Positions 23,795-37,863 of a stretch of 64,000 bases of DNA are shown here, one piece after another. Both the position numbers and the translations under genes were made by a program. The notes under the pieces were generated by a model. That model had not been told where the DNA came from. It did not search any database and was given only the letters and a program-made list of their open reading frames with translations. The stretch's first letter is position 1. Each line of letters opens with the position of its first letter. The stretch is from NCBI GenBank assembly GCA_951406725.2, contig OX597832.1, positions 4,774,001 to 4,838,000 on the forward strand, read 5' to 3'. This stretch comes from Octopus vulgaris (taxonomy: Eukaryota).

Positions 23795-26700
23795 CAAATC
23801 TTTGATAATAATAGGACACATTAGATGGCATAATGTTACATAGCCCCAAAAAAGACAATATAGCCATGATTGGAGGGCTTTCCATTATGTCTGTTTGTTC
23901 AGGGTTGACTGTCACTCTAAACCAGCAAGATTACTACACCTAGTGAGTTGTTTACCCCCAGAACATCCCTAATTGACCAGGGTCATTATTAAAGGTATTC
24001 CAGCTGTGACCATCCCAATTTCTTAGGATTATTTTCAACTACATTATCAAATATGTTCTTCAGTTTTGTAAGCAGAAGGATATTATTTTATGGATTTTTC
24101 ATTGCTATTTTGAGCAGGTTAAGTAACCACATCAAGACTTCTTCATGAGTTCATAAGGATAGTGGATTTGATATGTGTTACAATTATATTTGATATTTAT
24201 GTATGTAGCTTGGCTTTTGTTCCTGAAGTACCACCACCACCACCACCAACAATAACAACAATAATAATAATAAAACGAGTTATGATCACAAGCATCAGAG
24301 ACACAGTATGAACATCCAAAAATGAAAATAATACTCTAAAAATTTCCTTCAAAAGCAACTGTTCAGAATTCAAGAGTTTTCAAAAGATGTGAGGAGATGA
24401 AAATGGATAACTGACAGCTGCATTCTAGACATGTTCAACTAACTAAAAATATCTATTTGAAGGATAAAAGAAGAATAACACTTCTGTTCCATTTCAGTAG
24501 TAGTCAGTTTAGCAAACATAGGATTTCATCAGTTGAACGTGCTTTAGTTCTCAGAATAGCAATCAACTGTTAGAATTTTTCACATGGCAGTTTGAAAATA
24601 CTTGCATATTGCAAGATCATTTGTTATATTTTAATATAAAAACAATAGGAGAAAAATAAAGAGAAGCAAAATTATATAATTTGTAAATGTTATATCTGAG
24701 CTTTTATAAACTGCTCTCTGCAAGACTATTCAAAGCTTAGAGTTAAGTAAGATAACATATTAAATCCAGGGAGAACTGAACTAGTGCTAAAATAAAATCG
24801 ACTGTGTTGAATTAAATTGCTCTCTGCATATTGTGTGGGGACCACCAGCATGTCAAAGAATAGATCCAACATTTCCTCTGCATATCATAAAAGGCAACTA
24901 AAAGAGGTTGAAGTAGGATTTGCACTCCGACCTCATAAAACCCTCACTAGCAATGACTATCCAAACAAACCCATGGGTTGGGGATTGTTGCCTGAATAGT
25001 GCAAAGATGTTATCTGCCAGGAGTAGTAGGGAATCACCAACAAATGGCCAATATAGCAACACACTGTTACAGTGCACGCCTCCATACCAACCACAGCATG
25101 CAAAACCATACAATTAGTAGATTATCATTGTTTAGATCCAAGTCAGTTGTCATTTAGATTCAAGACAGACCTGTGAATCAAAGGTATTCTAGCCTCCACC
25201 AACCCATTTTTTTCATGCACTATGTACCCAGGAATCTATTATCTGATGTTCCTTCCTTTTCAAACTGTTGATGAAGATTTATTAGTTATTTCTTTCAAAG
25301 TGAAAAACTGCATACAGAGTCATAATGCTGTGGTAAAGAAAAGTATGTGTAGAGGGTAGGGAGGACTTTTACTCTTATTGCTCTTTTTTCCCAACCAATA
25401 GGGTTAAGGCTATAGAATATATGAGTAAATACTGAAGTACAATAACCTTAATTGGCATTCTTCCTATAGTAAATGCAAAGAATAAAGCAGCTATGGTTGT
25501 ACACCTAAAAAATACAATACTTTCAGATAAACTTACTTAAAAGCAATATAACATCAAATAACAGCACCTACAAAGGTGTACAACAGAACATGAAAAATTT
25601 GTACCTAACTACTTGACAGAAAATTGATACAATATTATTATAACAGTCAAGTGTCAAAGAGAAAAGCTATAGGAAAATGATGCAGAATGTTATCCATTCC
25701 AAAAGGTAGGTGGAATATATTGTAGGAATATACAGAATACATATTATTTGAAATTGGTTTTATTCTGTAGAAAAAAGCGAATATGAATACATTTTTTACT
25801 TGCTGCTGGTCATTGAGGGTGACAATTTGATATTCCAGCTGGAAAGTGAAGAAGCTGGTTATTTAGGTTAAGAACACAAAAGAAAGTAAAGCAATGTTGA
25901 TTGCTCATTGGCCAGTGATTAAACATGTCAACTATCCAGTAAAATGGAGGCACAACTAAATCATGTTGTAATATAGCTTGCAATGAAAATTAAATATTTT
26001 TGTATCTAATGGAATGCCAAACATGAAACATTCACCTTAACATAAGGTAATCCCAAGATGAACCAGATTAAATGTAAAATCTAGCTGAATGAAGAATCTA
26101 GGATTAAGGTAGAATCAAAAATAATCCCATTAAAAATAGAAAAACTATAGGATAGATAGAAAAGGAAAAGGGAATCACTTATGCCATCACAGAAGTAACA
26201 AGGAAGGATAAAACAAAGTAACACTGATACTGAATATGAGAGGATTTAGAAAATGGAAAGCATAAGAAATAGTTACTAAGCAAAATGACAATTATTAAGA
26301 GAGATAAAAATGCAATTACATAAAGCAATATGAAGAGATAAGATCTTGAAAAAGATACGAGTAAACAAAACTGTTGCCAATGATATGCTATATTTTGGAG
26401 AAATATTAGAAATTATAAATAAGATAAAATAAAAACAGTACAGAAGCAGGGAGGAAAAGAAGACTGACAAAAAAATGAAGTTAGCTTTCTTTAATTGGGG
26501 GAGGGGGAGAGAGTAAGAGCAAAAAACCAATATTTGCAAAGACTATAAAAATTCAGGCAAAAATGTAGAGATTGCATAGTTTTGTATAACAGGAAACAAA
26601 AACAATTCAAAGACACAGAAAATGAAGAGCTATGAAAAGTAGATCAAACACCACCACCAAATCAAAACAATGCAAGATTTTATTTAATGTCTGAATTTTC

Positions 26701-26849
26701 TTTTATCAGTTTCGTGGAGAAGGGGAAGCACCTATGAACTTTGTGTGTCTTTTTGTTCAGTTTGAACTTTAGTAAATTTGCAACTATAGAAAAAACCACG
26801 TGTGCAGAAAAAAGTATGCTAACTTTCATCTCCATAGGATTATGTTTTT

Positions 26850-28000
26850 AGAAATGATAGAAAGGAAGTGACATTACTGAATCCTGGGGTATGTAGAATG
26901 TGGGTTAGAGAGAGCCTCATTAGCACATGCTGCAATGGTGTAGCATAATGGGAAGCTTTAGAGCCAATAAATGAGAGAGAGAGATGTAGAATATAGGCAT
27001 GCAACTTAGACAGTTCTCACACCAGATGTAGTCAAAAGTTTCACTGATAACGAGGGCAAGAACACAGGTTTCATTGTAGCTCTCAAAAATGAGGAACCAT
27101 TAGAGAAGTGTAACTCAAGTCCTATAGATGCCATACTGCTGATCATTGGTGGAGACTATAGGTAATGAAGGAGGTGATTTTTAACAATTGCTTCAAACAC
27201 ATTTAGACATTTGAAATGAATGTTATAGGTCAGGTGTTGCTAGGTCAGAGAAGTTTTTCCTTTAGTACAGACTACACTGTGGTCTGTTTCCAAAAATTAT
27301 AAGTGACTCAAAGAGAAAAAGAGAGATTCATGAGGATAGGGGCTAACTTGAGCGTACTGTTTGAGAGTGAAGAAAGAATGCCATCAGAAACATTCAGCTT
27401 GTACTGATCAGAAGACTTTTTCAATCAGTGACTGTATAAATGGAGGTGAGAAAGGGAATAGACTTCATCCAATTACTGCTTCTATTAGGTAGTAATTGGA
27501 TAATACAGTGGTTGCAGAAACAGTTATGCCACAAGGTGAAGGTTGGGTTTGAAAATGAGAAACAAATCATGGCTGTTCAGTCTATCTAATAAGTAAAGGG
27601 GTAGGTGTGGTGCAGACCATCAAGGGTGACAAATGATTCAGCCTCTTAAATAATGGTGTTAGGGTGTGCAGGATGGTTACTAGAGTCAGGAGTGGTCATG
27701 TACACTGAAGATCATAAATATGATGATTTCAGAAAGAATGTGAATAAACATGAGACAGATGTCATCAATGCAATAAATAAAATAATAAATGAAACAAATA
27801 AATAGCTGTTAGTGATTGGAGGAGTTTGGGAAGTAAAAGACAGAACAAGGGAACTTAGAGAAATAGGGAAAAGAGACTTCGAACCACAACTGGAAGTCAT
27901 TGTTAGTAAAATACTGGCAAGTTATAAGAAGAGTGGATTCTATGTACACAAAGACATCACCTTTCACAGGATGAGAGGTTTGTCTCCGAAAGAAAAAGGA
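26850..28000 (-). mobile_element. Decayed LINE ORF2 N-terminal APE endonuclease region (Jockey/L2-like)
   Basis: Minus-strand KGDVFVYIES, NDFQLWFEV, FSVH, EAESF, DRLNSHDLFLI in the expected order. Confidence 0.55.
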
Positions 28001-28319
28001 TGTATTTTCTGCATTGAAAATTCAGTCACTTCTTAATTTTTAAAACAGTTTCCTGAAATAACATACACATTAATTCCTGCTAAATCAACCACTAGATCAG
28101 GAGCATTTATGGCTAAAACATTTCAGAAATAAGAATAATTAGTTTCTGATAATTTATTATAGCCAATCCACTAAATATGCATTCCTGTTGAAACTCAGCT
28201 AGTAAAAGATATAGCCATATATTAGTTTTCTTTGATTCCCATTATCAAATAGTGTTGCTAATTTCCTGGAGTGTTTCCTTTAGATTTGAATTGCTAACAA
28301 CACAGATAACCCAATCATA

Positions 28320-29745
28320 ATACAAAATAAGGAAAAAACATTAAAACAATTGAGTGGATTATTTAAGAAGAATGAAAATTGCAATATTACATTTGTTTAT
28401 ACAGAAAATAAAATATGTTTGCTCTGTGATTCCTTAATTGCAACAGTGAAGAATAACAATGCATACCAGCATTGTATAACTCATAATAACCCCCAATTAT
28501 GCAAAACTGGGAGAAAATTCCTGAGTCTGCACCTGAGAAATTGTAAGATGCACAGTAACACCAATTGTTAATATTTTAAATGTAGGAAACAAACTAATAT
28601 TACTGAATTAAATTATAGAAAAGCATAGATACAAGTAAGAAATGGCAAGCCATTCAATAACATGGAAATTATTACAATAAAAGAATATGGCATTGAAATG
28701 GTAGCACATTTAGATTCAAGTACCTCTTTTAAGAACAGATTAGAAATTGCTTTCAAGTTTTGGCACAAGGCTAGCAATTTCTGGGTAGGGGTAAGTCAAT
28801 TATATTGACCCTAGTGCTCAACTGGCACTTATTCTATTAATCCCACAAGGATGAAAGGCTAAGAATTTGAACTCAGAACGTAACGATGAACAAAATGCTG
28901 CTAAGCACTTAGTCTGGTGTACTAATGACTCAACCAACTTGCCACCTTAAATGACGGATTATGAATTACATACACCATGAATTTATACATGATGTACAGA
29001 AAAACTTAATACAATAACATATTCTAATATCATTATAACTTGATTTAACCTAGTAGTAAAATTCTCCCATTAATGGTAAATTCATCAGAAGCAAACCATA
29101 TGGTTAACATGTTCTGGTTGCCTTCCTAAGATTATACACAAAAACTGCTAGCAAGGACCATGGCAAGATGAACATAAAGGATGATCTATTCCATTCTGAC
29201 TCATCCCAACAGATAGCACAAAATGAAAGAGCAACCAGAAATCTTTATCTACACCCTGGAAGAGTATATGAAAATGGGCTTGTGAAACTTGTTTGCAGCA
29301 AAAGCATCATCCATAATTACACAAAGAACTTTTTTGCAAGACAGAATTGCCCTGAAATCATTTTATGTAAGAGAAAAGAAATTAAAAATTCAATGTGCAT
29401 GTTCTTCAACTTGATTTAACCTAGAAGTGATTCTTTCTCCTTGATGTTAAATTCACCAAAACCAAAGCATATGTTCATTATGATAGTATTGTATCTTATT
29501 ATAAGATATTATTTGACTGAATAGGTAAAAACATTTTTCATTTGTTTTAAGATAGTGGATGTGGATCTCCATATGAGTTATGTTTTGAGTACTCTTGTTG
29601 CAAGGACATGTGGAACTGACATGGCTGTATCTTCACTATGAGATGAACTTCAATTCTTGTAATTTACTAAGTGTATGCACAAATGGTGCTTTCTATGGAA
29701 AGAGAAATACCAAGTATTTGTTGCACTACTGCAAGAAGTATTTTC
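28320..29745 (+). mobile_element. Decayed hAT (Buster/SPIN, GTF2IRD2-like) transposase relic
   Basis: ICLLCDSLIATVKNNNAYQHCITH (BED-like finger), NGKPFNNMEII, ARTCGTD, LLSVCTNGA (= VCTDGA), FVALL. Confidence 0.75.
28748..28950 (-). mobile_element. SINE family A nested in the hAT relic
   Basis: Homology to other copies. Confidence 0.85.
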
Positions 29746-30354
29746 AAATATATATATTAATTTCCCTCCATTGTGTGTATGTGTGTGTGTGTATTCTTTT
29801 TGCCTCAAAAGAATCACCGAATCAAATTTGCTGCATGAATAGAACTAAATATTGAATTCTTAAAAAAAAGTCATGAATTGATTTATTGTTTAATTTCCAC
29901 TTGTTTTTAGTTCATTTTTTTCTTCTTCAGACAAATAAGTGAGTCTTTAATTGTTTAAAGATCTCATATAATCACAAAATTATTATTTTGCGTATAGAGC
30001 TCATAAAATAACTGGTTTTAATTAAAATTAGTCATTATGTCTTCAAAAATATAACATGCTGACATGTATTCTAAATTATCAATATGTGGCTTAATTGAAT
30101 GTGATTAAATAAGATGAGATGACTCAATGTAAAAAATAGAGAGATTTAGAGAGAAATTTATATATGCAATAATAAAGAATAATGACAAAATCATAGAGAA
30201 AATATTACAATCAAAAGAAAAAAGAAAGTAGTGAGCAGAAGATATAATAGAACATTCAGTTCTTGGTTGAAAGATGGAGGTGTAGAAACAAGAGATTAGA
30301 AGAAATCTTGCTAATGCAAAAGTAGAGAGATTCTATTAAGGTAATACTTCTTGA

Positions 30355-30730
30355 ATGTGTAATGAAGTAGACAAAACTGTCAACCACATCAGGGCTATTA
30401 TAGCATAAGAATAGTGGTTCCTATACATTTCTTTTACTTGTTGTACACTTTAAAGGAAATAAAATAATTTGGTGTTTGTGCTTAAAGTAAAACAATTTAA
30501 AAAGATTATTTAAATATTTAAGCCTACAAATATAATTAATCTAAACTAAAAGAAAATAATAAATTTATTAATAATTTTTTTAAAATAAATTGTTTTACTT
30601 TATGCACATACACCAAATTATTTTATTTCCTTTAAAGTGTACAACAAGTAAAAAAAATGTATAGGAACCACAATTCTTATGCTATAATAGCCCTGATGTG
30701 GTTGACAGTTTTGTCTACTTCATTACACAT
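30355..30730. repeat. Foldback element: 145-bp inverted arms, 86-bp AT-rich spacer, candidate TSD
   Basis: 30355-30499 matches the reverse complement of 30586-30730 with few mismatches; ATACTTCTT at 30344-30352 and 30729-30737. Confidence 0.92.
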
Positions 30731-31344
30731 ACTTCTTTATTCAATAAATAAAACACAGCTATTAAGGCTTTATACTTAGACTAACAGCTTATAGTATTCT
30801 ATTATTTTCACAGTATGTCCAGCTTCATTTCAAGACACAATATTTGAAAAGTGCCACAACTGGTTAGCAGGAAGCTTTTATTCAAAGTTGATAAAAGCGA
30901 GAATTATCAATAATCAAAGCTGTTAATAATTATGACAATTATAAGAGCCTACAAAATTTCTCTAAAAACAACAAAAAAAAAACAATTTTCCATGTAACAG
31001 AAGTACAGAGACCTAGACATGATAAGTCTTTGTTCTTGATCTTTGTTTCAGTTCTATACTATACATCAGTCCATCTTTGGATTTCTGTAGGATATCAGTA
31101 AAAGACTGCTTGAACTTGGGTCAACTTTTCTCCAATTCTAGAGAAAGAATTCTGTTAGTGGTCCCCATGACTCTACTCACAGTGCAACATAACCACTAGT
31201 ACTTGACTCAAAAGGCTGCATAGCAAAGTTGATTTCAGTGGGATTTGAACTCAGATAGCCAAAACAAAAACTGCAAGGCATTCTATCCTATTCTCAAGCA
31301 AATCTACTAATTCACCACCTGAACTACACTCTACTGATTACTAG

Positions 31345-31700
31345 GATCATGCACGGTATGTTGGGCAAGTGACTTCTAATATAGCCCCAGGCCAGCCAAT
31401 GCCTCATGAGTGAATTTGGCAGTCAGAAAACTGAAAGAAACTCATCATGTGTGTGTGTGTGTGTGTGTATGAACGTGTGTGTTTGTGTTTGTATTCACCT
31501 GCCCACTACCATTTGACAATTAGTGTTGGTTTGCTTACATCACTGTAACTTAGTGGTTCAGCAAAAGAGGCCAATAGAATAAGTATCAGACTTATCAAAT
31601 AAATAGTGGAGGGAATCAGTTTGTCTGACAAAACCCCTCGAGACAATTTCCCAGCATGGCTGCAATCCAGTGACTGAAACAAGTTAAAGGTAACAGAAAA
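31345..31700 (+). mobile_element. SINE family B (older copy)
   Basis: TTGGGCAAGTGACTTC..CCAGCATGGCTGCAATCCAGTGACTGAAAC. Confidence 0.8.
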
Positions 31701-31974
31701 AGACTACGAATTTTTCTAGAACCCTATGCATTGTTATTCTTCACTATTGCAATTAAGGAATCACAGAGCAAACATATTCTTTTATTTTCTGTATAAACAA
31801 ATGTAATATTGCAATTTTCTCGAACCCTATGATAAACAAGAAATAAGAATAAGGATTGAAAATATCAGGATTTGGCCTGAGTACTGAGAAAACTCTGGGA
31901 CAAGTAAGTAAAAGATATCCCTATTGTTATAAGAGAAGTAGTAAACACGGGAATCAATACTGACTCTTAGGTAA

Positions 31975-32285
31975 TCATCACCATTGTCATCATTTAATGT
32001 CTGTTTTCCATGCTGACAGGGGTTGCAGGGTTTGACAGGAGCTGGTCAGCCAGAGAGCTGTCCAGGCTCCAAAATCTGTTTTGGTAGGACATTCAGCTTT
32101 CTACAGTTGAATGCCCTTCCTAATGCCAACCACTTTACAGCGTGTGCTGGGTACTTTTTACATGCAAGCGGCATGACTGCTTTTATGGGGTACTGGCACA
32201 AGTGCACTTCATGTGGCACCAGCATACATGCATTCTATGTGGCACTGGCACAAGTGCACTTTACATGACACCACCATTCACAAGA
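31975..32285 (-). mobile_element. RTE-tail-derived repeat
   Basis: Same terminal motif and GTGGCAC subrepeats as 18667-18925. Confidence 0.7.
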
Positions 32286-32699
32286 CAAATACCTCTTGTC
32301 AAAGAGAGGGAAGAGGGGCATGACCATAAAGGACATGTCTGTAACTATTAGAGAAACTGTTATCTTCCATTTTCCTTCACAAAACATGAATTGCTTTATA
32401 TGATCGATATGGACCTTTGATACCATCATCATCATCAGTTTAACATCCACTTTTCCATACTCAGGATGGACAGAATTTATGGTGGATTTTCAACAGTCAG
32501 ATGCCTTTCCTATTTCCAATATTCACCCATTTCCAGAAAAAGCAATATTTCCTCATGACCAAGCATGTGTTCACAGAAGACTGAAATCAAAGGACACCAC
32601 TTGCATGACAAGACATTTACAGCTATCATACTAGGAAATAATTGCGCATATAATATATATATATATATGAAAAGATAGATAGACAAACAGACAGATATA

Positions 32700-32855
32700 T
32701 ACACACACACACACAGATGGCTTCTTTCAGTTTCCACTCGCAAGGCTCTGGTCAGCCTAAGGCTATAGTAGACACTTAACCAAGGTGTCATACAGTGAGA
32801 CTGAACCTGAAATGATATGGCTGGGAAACAAACTTCTTACCATACAGCCACACCT
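32700..32855 (-). mobile_element. 5' half of SINE family B
   Basis: CTTCTTTCAGTTTCC..GACTGAACCTG..CAGCCAC. Confidence 0.8.
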
Positions 32856-34397
32856 GGTTTTTTGATTTATTGATGCCAGTATATTTCTGGTATTCATTTT
32901 ATGAATCATTGGGGAAGAAAAGGAGAACTTCAGAACATAAAGAGATATAACTAAATACTGTTAGGCATTTATTCCAATATTCTTGTCTTTCCCCTACTGC
33001 AAGCAAGCAATAAATTAAAAAAGGTTAAATCCAACAATAAATTAATGGAATTATATCTGCACAACTCTATGATAATATTATTTCTATAATATAGCATTTT
33101 CTTATTATTAATGCACCTAATGTGGAATGAAAAGATATAAGCTTCAGTTTCACAACCATTCCAAATATAATGGAAGAACTTAGAATATATATCCAACTCT
33201 TAGTAGTGACAGATATGAATGACACTTTTCCAATATTTTTCTGAGAGAAAATTCCTCATGAAATTTTAATGTTATTAATTATTTGACCAAACTAGACAAT
33301 CAGCTTGTCAGTCAGGCAATACAAAAAGAGAAGAAAAACGGGAAGGACAGGGAGGGGGAGAGAGAAAGAGTGAAAAAGAGAGACAGACAGACTGACATAT
33401 AGAAACCAATATAACGAGTCACTCTAAAATTCTTTGAAGATTTTCATATCTCTGTATAGCATAGTATATGTTACATAGTGATGCAAAAACTACTCTAACG
33501 TAATAAATATTTAATTTTGAAAAAAAATGGTAAAGTAGGTTACATAATGTCCTGTAAATTTATTCTTTATTGAGACAAAATTGAGTGGTTGCTTTAATTT
33601 ATGAATCAATAATGGCAAGTATCTGTTTTAACATGATAGAATCATAAAATATATTAGCACTTCTTTATAAGTAAATGCTTGAATATTGTCAATAGCATGG
33701 AATTATATTTGGATTCATACACAGCATATCAATGACCTATTATCTTTGATAGAAAAAGGTGAAAAAAAAATGGCTGACACACAATGTGAAATTTATATTA
33801 AAATTGATTTCTTCCAATGTACATAGGTACTACTCTTTCAAATTCTTATTTATAAGCGGAGAGTGAAAACAGAGGAGCTGTATATAACTACAGAATACTT
33901 TACTTTTGTTTCCTAAAGTTAACAGGAAGTGACATTGTTTAAAGAACATAATTTCAATGGAGAAACCAAACAAGTCTGAAATTAAAGAAGAGAAACTAAA
34001 GGAATGTAATTTATTGTGAATCCTATGAAACAATTTGTTTATTTAGAATCATTTAAGATATTTCATGTTCTCTCTGTATGAAGACACTATGTGTTCTTAA
34101 AGAACAGGATATGAAAATAGGTCAAACATTTGAAAGCATATTCATGTATTCTTCAAGTTTGCATTCAGCAGAGATTGGTAAAGGGCATTATGAAATTATA
34201 ATTACCACTACCAAGATTGGAATAATTGGATAAAATGAGTTAATATTTTCAGAACATAATTCAGAACCATTCTTTCTGTTTCAGTTTGTGAAAACCAACA
34301 AAAACCCTGAAGTCCCACCCATTTTTATATGACACATCAATTTAATTATTCTGCTGTTTTCATACAAATCTCAAATCATGAATAAATAAGTGCAAAC

Positions 34398-34499
34398 CAA
34401 ATTCTTCTTGAGATGCTTTGTTATTTCTGGAGGACAAATCCAATCTTGCTTGAGAAGCATTCTATCTGTCAAGAACTTCTTGTCTGAGCACATTTCCTC
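34398..34499 (-). CDS. Candidate internal exon, phase 0/0: EEMCSDKKFLTDRMLLKQDWICPPEITKHLKKNL
   Basis: Acceptor ttgtatttag|GAG, weak donor TTG|gtttgc, 102 bp with one open frame, non-repetitive context; no recognised homology. Confidence 0.25.
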
Positions 34500-35095
34500 C
34501 TAAATACAATAAAGCAAAGGAAGTTATCCTTTCTTCTTCGAAATGAAAGTTTCTTGCGCCATAGAACTATTCAATCTGTTTAAATTTTAGCTGAAAACTC
34601 AGTCTAAAGATTTATTCAATCTATTTAAATATTAATTGCAAGCTTAGTTTTGTATTAGCACCTGTAACCATTCAGTTACATTACATAATATACAATGTAG
34701 CCACTTAAACAATTCTGAACATCCTAACAGATAGGCAGATAGTGGCCTCCTATACTTCTGCAATATCTTGAACATCAGCAGATGTTAAGAACAAGTATAT
34801 CAAAATTTCTCACTCAAATTACCAATAGCTAGAAAAGCAGAAAATAGATAAAAAGAATTTTATCTATGAAAATCATTCAATTACAGAATACTTCTTCCAG
34901 TAATATATACAAATTCAATGGAACACTGAAAACATTTTTCAGTATATACACAAATATATATGCATTTTACCAACATCATTATTATTTAAAGTCCATTAAA
35001 TGATTATGGTGATAAAATGTATGTATGTATGTGTATATATCAAAAATTGTTTTCAGAATTTCACCCAATTTTTATATTTTATATATACATATATG

Positions 35096-35721
35096 CTGTG
35101 CTTGAGAAGACCCGGCAAGCCAAGTGAGACCATAACCTTGTGGCCTATGCCAGTGGTGTAACCAGCCCACTTATGCATACCTTTCCTTCATTGGACGCTA
35201 AACTCTGCTTGTGAAGACCTGTTGAGGCAAATGAAATCAAAATCAAATTCAATGACAGCACCTCATGACTGGCATCCGTGCTAGTGGAGCACTAAGGGCA
35301 CCATCTGAGTGTGATCGTTGCTAGCACCACTGACTGGCTCCCATGCCGGTGGCACATAAAAGCACCATTCGAGCATGATTGTTACCAGTGTCACCTTACT
35401 GGCACTTGTGCCAGTGACATATGAAAAACAACATTCAAGCAAGGTTGTTGCCAGTGCCGCTAGACTGGATGCTGTGCAGATGGCACATAAAATGCACCAT
35501 TTGAGTGTGGCCATTGCCAGTACCATCTGACTGGCCTTCGTGCTGGTGGCACGTAAAAGAACCCACTACACTCTCAGAGTGGTTGGTGTTAGGAAGGGCC
35601 TCCAGCTGTAGAAACTCTGCCAGATCAGATTGGATCCTGGTGCAGCCATCTGGCTCGCCAGTCCTCAACCAAACCATCCAACCCATACCAGCATGGAAAT
35701 GGACATTAAATGATGATGATG
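35096..35721 (+). mobile_element. RTE LINE 3' end/UTR with an internal ~60-bp tandem array and (GAT)n tail
   Basis: Aligns with 54590-55305, including the last ORF codons (YAVLEKTRQAK*). Confidence 0.9.
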
Positions 35722-35743
35722 CTTTTATATATATATATATATA

Positions 35744-35784
<41 letters not shown>

Positions 35785-36124
35785 TACATACATACATACA
35801 TACATACACACATACATACATACATACATAAGAGAAAGAGGGAGTATATTTGTATTTGTATCTGAAACATATTCAACAAATTTTCACTCATTGTCAGATT
35901 ACACACACATGTACATTGAGATGATTTTCTTTTTGATATTCTTCAAAATAGTTCTAGCTGTGTTTCTTTTCATTCTGTTAAGCAGTATATGTAACTCTCA
36001 AAGTAAACAATATTCGATTCATTATAATACCTGCAGGACTTTCACAAGGCAGAGATAATTTTCAATGGTTCGTTAACCCATTTACACATGCAATTCACTT
36101 TTTATGCTGGAAAATACAACTTAC

Positions 36125-36160
36125 ATCTATTTCCTCAGTCTCCTTTTTGGATTTCTCTAT
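36125..36160 (-). CDS. Candidate micro-exon, phase 0/0: IEKSKKETEEID
   Basis: Strong acceptor tattttttgttgtag and donor GAT|gtaagt; purine-rich 36 bp. Confidence 0.3.
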
Positions 36161-36973
36161 CTACAACAAAAAATACTTTTTGTAATACAAAGCACAATCC
36201 TTATAACATTCCAGTTATGTTTCAAAACCTTTATCTCACAAAATTAAGTCAACCCACAGTGATCCTTAATTGCATAGCTCAACTTAATATTATAATTATT
36301 GCTTTCAGAAAATTTCCCAAAACATTGTACATGTAATATTTCTCTCTTATAACAGTTGTAAAAATATTTCTATCCGTACAAGGCATTATTCAATGTGATG
36401 ACATTTATTAAAGTAGTAACATTTTAACAAGCGTTTGCTATAAGGCGTTAATTACTATATCAAGTTTAATTGTAGCAGATTTGTAATATTTCTTCTTGAA
36501 ACATCTATTAATGTCAGTGACTGCTAATTATAAAACAATTATTCACATATCTAGTTTGTTTTCTCTTCAATAAAGATACACAAACACAGAGAGATGTTTC
36601 CTGTGAGCTATAGAAACATTGTTCTCCTGAAAATCTTGCCATAATATGGAATATTGTAGCATGAAACCTATTTTCCTTTTGACATCCAAGTTATATGGAA
36701 GTTACATAAACACAACAATAAGAGAAAATAATATTATGGAAGTTGACATTAACACGAGATCTTTATGAATGCAACACTTCTTTCTACAATGTATGAAATG
36801 CCTATACACATACACATATATACACACACATATATATATATGTATGTGGAGTGTTCAGCCAATCGCACATTAATTTCACAAGCAGGCTGTTCAATTCTTT
36901 GGATCAACTGAAACACTCATTATTGTAACTGACAGAGTGTCAGTATAGTATATACATACATACATACATACAT

Positions 36974-37044
<71 letters not shown>

Positions 37045-37645
37045 TTTATTAAAGCTACAAAATTATCTCAAAACTGTTACTGAGAGTTTCACATTCATGT
37101 TTGTCGATATTTGGTATTCGAGTACTATTTTTTCCACCTTGTTTTGCATTTACATGTGTGTGTGTGTGTGTGTGTGTTTGCATGCGTACGTATATATTTA
37201 GATATATTACGTAATCAAAATTTAATAATCTGCTAACATACTTTACATCCTTCTGAGGAATTTCAACAGATTAATTAAATGAAGTGTGTAAGGTTACTGT
37301 ATCTTGAATGTATTTACAACCCTAAGCATTACCAGAGACCAATGAACATGCACCTGCCAAAATGATAAGACAATTAAAATTGACTTAAGAATATTACAAT
37401 TAACGTCTTTAACAATATCTTGTTCACAAGTAATTTCAAGGTTTCTCTAATTCAGCTGCTTGATAAAATACAATTTTACACATTACATAGTTTCAATGTT
37501 TTAAACAGCTTTTAAATGGCATTATCATTTCTACAAGAATATTATATTTAATTAATTCCATAACTGAATATTAGATGAAAGTACTAAACGTGATTCTATT
37601 ATTGTTGAATACAGATGAGAACACACAAAATAGTTTAGCATCTAT

Positions 37646-37863
37646 ATTGATTTCAAATTTTGGCACAAGGACAGCAGATCTGAGGGAGAGGCTAAGTTGA
37701 TTACATTGATCGCAGTGCTTGACTGGTACTTATTTTATTGACCCTCAAAGGATGAAAGGCAAAGCTGACCTCGGTGGAATTTGAACTCAGAAATGTAAAG
37801 ATGAACAAAATGCTGCTAAGCATTTTACCTGGTGTGCTAATGATTGCACCAGCTCACTGCCTT
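37646..37863 (-). mobile_element. SINE family A
   Basis: Homology to 58209-58440. Confidence 0.9.

Noticed and set aside
34700-34775. RRPLSAYLLGCSE resemblance to the start of an HMG box
   Set aside because: The downstream sequence lacks the rest of the HMG-box pattern
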